From the IMG/VR virus record IMGVR_UViG_3300045988_136773: a DNA stretch of 64,000 nucleotides, one strand, 5' to 3'. The first letter of the stretch is position 1. Each line of letters starts with the position of its first letter. Position numbers and translations under genes: made by a program. The notes below the pieces were generated by a model. It did not search any database, had not been told where the DNA came from, and saw only the letters and a program-made list of their open reading frames with translations. The DNA is from a virus. Shown one piece after another: positions 59,774 through 64,000 of this stretch.

Positions 59774-60360
59774 GATCTTGTATTTTCAGTGCTCATTGCA
59801 CTGAACCAGTTTGTGACTTAGCATGCCCGTCACTAGTAGAAACAACATACTTGCTAGAGCGAAATCACATTGACATGCAAAATTCGGTTTATAACACATC
59901 TCGAAAAATACTGGATCGAGTATGCGATATACTAGATCATGCTGAAAATAAGCTTTGTACTGTTGAGACAAATGACACTATAGCGTCGTCTAACTTGCTT
60001 ACATACTGTGCTATATGCAAACATTGGAAAGGTAATAGATTACACTGTAACGTGTATCATTTGAGCTTTTCATCATATCTGGATGATATTCAAAAAAGCT
60101 GGTCCGCAAAAGATACTCCAGAAGATTTGGAATACGCACAGATATGGTCTAGCACTGCAAAAGTTTTGGTCATCTCAAATATTGACTATGTGCAGTTTAA
60201 GGATTTTCAAGCACAGACTTTGTTGAACTTAATTCATAACCGACAGGCTAGCAATTTGACAACTATCATTGTATCCCCAAAAGTGAGCAGTTTGATTGGT
60301 AGTGGTCTATTTTTCAACAAACTTCAATCTGTACTTAGAGGGGCGGTGATGTCAGCGTGA
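59770..60360 (+). CDS. hypothetical Cys-rich protein in the helicase-loader position
   Basis: ATGA overlap upstream; sits immediately 5' of the DnaB-like gene. No Walker A motif seen. Confidence 0.5.
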   Translation: MRSCIFSAHCTEPVCDLACPSLVETTYLLERNHIDMQNSVYNTSRKILDRVCDILDHAENKLCTVETNDTIASSNLLTYCAICKHWKGNRLHCNVYHLSFSSYLDDIQKSWSAKDTPEDLEYAQIWSSTAKVLVISNIDYVQFKDFQAQTLLNLIHNRQASNLTTIIVSPKVSSLIGSGLFFNKLQSVLRGAVMSA

Positions 60361-61688
60361 ATGGTTCCATTGAATTGCAAATGATATCGAAAATTTTGAC
60401 TTGTGATTCACAATCTGACGTTGAAAAACTCTGTGAATTTGACGAAAGCTATTATTCAATCTTCAGACCACATATCCAGTTTATCATGCGGCATCGTGAT
60501 AAATATGGAGAGGTTCCGGATGTTTTCACATTTCAGTCGGAATTTGAGGATGTTGCACTAGTTCGCGTAGATGAACCGATTGAGTACTTAATTCATGAAA
60601 TAAATAAAAACAAGCAGCGCATCATGCTTGTTGAAACTTTTAACAAGCTAAAAGACTTAGGATCTGCTGATGTTACAGAAGCATGGGAGTACTTATCAAA
60701 CCAGTGCGAGAGAGTGGCTATGCTTGATTCATCTCAACCAATGGATTTGGTGAAGGATTCAGAACAGAGAAGCGATCAAGTTTTAGAATATAGTCAGCAA
60801 GAACGAATTCCTACAGGGTTTGACGAAATCGATAAGTGTATGTATGGTGGTTTGTCTACTGTAGAGGAACTTGTAATTCTAGTTGCTCGTACAAATACTG
60901 GTAAGTCATGGGTTGGCACAAGAATGATGGAATCTGCACAAGGTCATGGATTTCCAGTTTTATATTATTCACCGGAAATGCAGGCTAGTTTTCTCGGAAC
61001 TCGATTTGATACATGGCGTGGAAAATTTCAAAATAACCTGCTGTTTCAAGGTCAATATACAGAGCAATATCATGCTTATTTGAAAGATCTTGCATCACAG
61101 ACAACTAGTGCATACGTTTTGGAGGACAAAGATGCTCCAGACGAAGTTGTGAATGTACCATTTTTGAAAAAGCTTGTGAAAAAACATAAGATCAAGCTTT
61201 TAGTCATAGACGGTCTGTCATATATGTCTGATACTGAGAAATCTGATAAAGATTACACCAAGTATAAAAATCTATGTGCGGATCTGTTCCGGCTCAGTAA
61301 ACAATGTGGATGTGCTGTAGTAGTTATGATGCAGGCAAATCGTGAATCCAGAAACAACAAGGATGATAAAGGGGAAGTGTTTCCAAACATTTACAACATC
61401 GAAGGATCTGACCATCCTGCCAGAATTGCTACTCAGGTGTTTGCTATGCGACAGATATTCGATAAACATGTTCTGGACATACGCTTAGAGAAAGCAAGAA
61501 ATGCAAATAATCAGAAACCAGAGTTTTCCTATGCATGGGATATCAATACTGGCAATATGAAATATCTCCCAAGTGCTGATACTATGCCGGCTACAATTGC
61601 TCCAAAGGTTGATCTTAGCGGTACTGTAAGTGTCAATCAACCAGATACGAGCATTGTATTAGAGGATTCTGAGGATGTTGAATTTTAA
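60357..61688 (+). CDS. dnaB: DnaB-family replicative helicase
   Basis: Walker A ARTNTGKSW, Walker B LLVIDGLSYM, RecA-like C-terminal domain, helical N-terminal domain. Confidence 0.8.
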   Translation: MNGSIELQMISKILTCDSQSDVEKLCEFDESYYSIFRPHIQFIMRHRDKYGEVPDVFTFQSEFEDVALVRVDEPIEYLIHEINKNKQRIMLVETFNKLKDLGSADVTEAWEYLSNQCERVAMLDSSQPMDLVKDSEQRSDQVLEYSQQERIPTGFDEIDKCMYGGLSTVEELVILVARTNTGKSWVGTRMMESAQGHGFPVLYYSPEMQASFLGTRFDTWRGKFQNNLLFQGQYTEQYHAYLKDLASQTTSAYVLEDKDAPDEVVNVPFLKKLVKKHKIKLLVIDGLSYMSDTEKSDKDYTKYKNLCADLFRLSKQCGCAVVVMMQANRESRNNKDDKGEVFPNIYNIEGSDHPARIATQVFAMRQIFDKHVLDIRLEKARNANNQKPEFSYAWDINTGNMKYLPSADTMPATIAPKVDLSGTVSVNQPDTSIVLEDSEDVEF

Positions 61689-61705
61689 TCAGTTGAGGTG
61701 TAAGT

Positions 61706-62701
61706 ATGCTTGATATTATATCCGTTTTAGATAAGCTAGAATCCATGAAACTCATCCGGACAAGCCGTAAAGTGGGTAACTATATGCAGATATATTGCCC
61801 GTTTCATTCTGATGGTAAGGAACGTAAACCATCATGTGGTGTTCTGATTTCAGATGAGTACAGAAATGGTCATCGCTATCCAGCAGGGTTTTGTCATTGT
61901 TTTGCATGCCAGTATGCACACACTTTGGATGAGATGATTTCAGATCTTCTGAAATTACATAATATTTCAAAATCCGGATTAGACTGGCTGAAAGAAAACA
62001 TTCCTGGATTTGATGATGATTTAGCGTCATTTGACTTTTTGCTGGATGGAGATACTGTAACATCACTCGTAAACCAGTACGCTATCGATTACTTGAAAAT
62101 ACATTCAAAGACAGAACAAACTTATGTTTCAGAAGAAGAACTTTCAAAGTATCGATATACTGTTCCATATATGTATGATCGTAAACTGACTGATGCTATT
62201 ATAGAAAAGTTTGATATAGGGTATGACGGAAATTGGATTGCTCCCGGCAGAAAAAAGCCTACACCATGCATTACGTTTCCTGTTCGTGATAAATCCGGTC
62301 ATACGTTATTTTTCTGTCGTCGATCTATTGCAGGCAAATTTTTTAATTACCCAACAGGTGTTACAAAGCCTGTATATGGATTATATGAACTTCCTGCTAA
62401 TTGTAAATCTGTTATTGTCTGCGAAAGCTGTTTCAATGCACTAACATGTTGGGTGTATGAGAAACCTGCTGTTGCTTTGCTTGGAACTGGAAACTCATAT
62501 CAAATTCAACAGTTAAAGGAACTTGGTGTAAATGAGTTTGTTCTAGCATTTGATCCAGACGAGGCAGGGCGTAAGGCTACAGAAAAATTAAAACGTGCAT
62601 TGCATAGCGTTGCAATTGTATGGTCTTACGCAAATATTCCTGCTGGTAAGGATATAAATGATCTTACAAAAGATGAGTTTGATAACTTATACGTCGAGTA
62701 A
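61706..62701 (+). CDS. dnaG: DnaG-type DNA primase
   Basis: CHC2 zinc finger CPFHSDGKERKPSCGV...CFAC. Toprim VIVCESCFNAL ... AFDPDEAGRKA. Confidence 0.8.
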   Translation: MLDIISVLDKLESMKLIRTSRKVGNYMQIYCPFHSDGKERKPSCGVLISDEYRNGHRYPAGFCHCFACQYAHTLDEMISDLLKLHNISKSGLDWLKENIPGFDDDLASFDFLLDGDTVTSLVNQYAIDYLKIHSKTEQTYVSEEELSKYRYTVPYMYDRKLTDAIIEKFDIGYDGNWIAPGRKKPTPCITFPVRDKSGHTLFFCRRSIAGKFFNYPTGVTKPVYGLYELPANCKSVIVCESCFNALTCWVYEKPAVALLGTGNSYQIQQLKELGVNEFVLAFDPDEAGRKATEKLKRALHSVAIVWSYANIPAGKDINDLTKDEFDNLYVE

Positions 62702-62720
62702 AATTGCGAGGTGAAACATA

Positions 62721-63098
62721 ATGGCAAAAACTGTGAAGCATAAAAACTCTACAGATCTTGAATCTGTATTGCGTTATTTTAGAGAAACCGTTTTACAGCA
62801 TGATCACGCAAAAGAATCTGTTTCTATCCATGATAAAAAGACAAATGATTTTAATCATGCACTAGAACTCGAAGATTTGAATTATGCAGATCGAGCTAGA
62901 TTAGCCACAAAGCAGATGGAAAACTTAAAGAAAAGACGAGCAGCCAAGGATTATGTGTACGAGTGTCAAGCTCTCGTAGATGTGCTAAGCAGTCCAGAGG
63001 GCATTCGGTTTATAAATAAGTTAAATGAGGCTTTAGGTGCTATGAGAAAACAGGAAAAGCAACATGAATCTCGAGTATACAAGAAGAGATTTCAATGA
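62721..63098 (+). CDS. hypothetical protein
   Basis: ORF track; RBS gcgaggtga. Confidence 0.6.
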   Translation: MAKTVKHKNSTDLESVLRYFRETVLQHDHAKESVSIHDKKTNDFNHALELEDLNYADRARLATKQMENLKKRRAAKDYVYECQALVDVLSSPEGIRFINKLNEALGAMRKQEKQHESRVYKKRFQ

Positions 63099-63111
63099 CA
63101 TTTCAGTTCAC

Positions 63112-63127
63112 TCGTTATATATAGTAG
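63112..63127 (+). promoter_or_regulatory. phage promoter-like motif, copy 7 (tcgttatatatagtag)
   Basis: Identical 16-mer to copy 2; 55 nt upstream of ATG 63182. Confidence 0.55.
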
Positions 63128-63181
63128 CAGGAGGTCAGACTGCAAATTAAACATATCGAAATAAAACTGGAGGAATTCTAA

Positions 63182-63904
63182 ATGGGATTTAAGACAGCAA
63201 ATCAGTATGAAGAAGAAAAATATGCAGGTAAGTTTCGGCTTGCCGATGATGGAGATATGGCAGATGTGATTCCGCTGTATCAGAGTAAGAATGATGTGCT
63301 CATTGCTGATGTACACTACATCAAGAGTGCAGATTATTCAGGTTATGTGCATTGTTGCGGTACAGGATGCCCCGCATGCAGTAGAGGTATTCGTAGACAG
63401 ACAAAGTTGTTCATTCCGCTTTACAATGTAGTAGAAAATGAAATTCAGTTCTGGGATCGTACACAGAAGTTTCTGCCACAAGTTCATAAGGACTTTTTTG
63501 GAAATGATCGATATCCGAATCCGTCTGAGTTCGTGTATCGAATCACCAGAAACGGTGCAGCAGGGGATATGGCTACCCGATACATCATCATGGTTGTCGG
63601 TAAGAATACAACGTTGCCGTATGATATGATTCTGTCTAATAACAAGGCAGTTATGCCTGACTATTACGAACATATCTGCAAGGAAGTAGATGCCGGAACT
63701 CTATCTACATGGATTGACAGCGCGTCATCTGGAAATAGTTATGGAGATTCAAGTAACATTCCAGAGTATGTTCCGGTACCGAGAGCTTATGCATCATCTG
63801 GAGAGAATACAGCAACCACTCCGACTAATGAAGATTTTAGTGAGTTACCTGATTCGTCTATGGCTGATGTTATGGAACTCGATGATTCAGATGTTCCGTT
63901 TTAA
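63182..63904 (+). CDS. probable single-stranded DNA-binding protein (non-OB-recognisable, Zn-binding) with SSB-type acidic tip
   Basis: C-terminus ...MELDDSDVPF mimics the bacterial SSB tip DDDIPF. Cys cluster HCCGTGCPACS. Sits in the replication module. Confidence 0.5.
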   Translation: MGFKTANQYEEEKYAGKFRLADDGDMADVIPLYQSKNDVLIADVHYIKSADYSGYVHCCGTGCPACSRGIRRQTKLFIPLYNVVENEIQFWDRTQKFLPQVHKDFFGNDRYPNPSEFVYRITRNGAAGDMATRYIIMVVGKNTTLPYDMILSNNKAVMPDYYEHICKEVDAGTLSTWIDSASSGNSYGDSSNIPEYVPVPRAYASSGENTATTPTNEDFSELPDSSMADVMELDDSDVPF

Positions 63905-63935
63905 TTTAATCCGATTCAATCCGTATAAATGACAA

Positions 63936-63965
63936 ATGCCCTCTTTGAGAATTCATAGAGGGCAT
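63936..63965 (+). terminator. hairpin after the SSB-like gene
   Basis: 9-bp stem atgccctct/agagggcat; weak T-run. Confidence 0.4.
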
Positions 63966-63986
63966 CTTGATAGAGGTGATAATCTC

Positions 63987-64000
63987 ATGGGACTATTTAA
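63987..64000 (+). CDS. 5' end of a further gene (truncated by the window)
   Basis: ATG 63987 follows agaggtga. Confidence 0.3.

Noticed and set aside
1-64000. Genome-wide stop-codon reassignment (TGA to Trp/Gly, or TAG to Gln), prompted by the two in-frame post-TGA zinc ribbons and the big tRNA array
   Set aside because: Very long standard-code ORFs exist (1035, 945, 658 aa). TGA terminates many genes right before an RBS plus ATG, or in ATGA/TGATG overlaps. None of the tRNAs read by hand has a TCA, CTA or TTA anticodon.
1-64000. CRISPR array
   Set aside because: The repeats found (18-bp tandem at 56444, 10-nt AT-rich iterons at 57656, about 63-nt pair at 17778/18042, operator sets) are not regularly spaced repeat-spacer units. 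No cas genes are present.

Overview
AT-rich (mid-30s % GC, judged by eye) window from a large tailed phage or prophage of a low-GC Firmicute, probably a spore-former. All calls come from hand reading and remembered family motifs; no searches or folding programs were run. Order, left to right: (1) 1-14 kb: early, DNA-modification and nucleotide genes (PP-loop/PAPS-reductase-like, Dam-type MTase, four tandem YopX paralogs, MazG, SNF2 helicase plus N4/N6 MTase, Rad50-like ATPase, S1 protein). (2) 14-20.4 kb: a sigma factor, then about 19 tRNA or tRNA-like genes. These are interleaved with 200-600 nt ORF-free, hairpin-rich spacers and a GuaD-type deaminase. (3) 20.6-29.8 kb: HNH endonuclease, large serine recombinase, and two divergent C5-cytosine MTases. 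One MTase carries a LAGLIDADG intein at its catalytic Cys. (4) 30-33 kb: a family of small CxxC...CxxC proteins. (5) A thyX gene whose interior is about 55-60% GC. (6) 34.4-41.7 kb: tail fibre and receptor-binding genes. (7) 41.8-46.2 kb: a receiver-less Spo0A effector domain, a KTSC protein, three divergent sigma-like genes and a Bro/KilAC antirepressor. (8) 46.2-57.3 kb: an immunity/moron region. It holds XRE repressors with operator arrays, an Mrr-like nuclease, and a three-gene TRD-plus-membrane-protein operon that I consider the best candidate for an undescribed exclusion or defence system. It also holds an XRE plus degenerate ImmA pair. (9) 57.4-64 kb: an iteron-rich putative origin, DnaB-like helicase, DnaG-like primase and an SSB-like protein. 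A conserved motif, TCGTTATATA...GTAG, recurs 11 times upstream of transcription units and looks like a phage-specific promoter.
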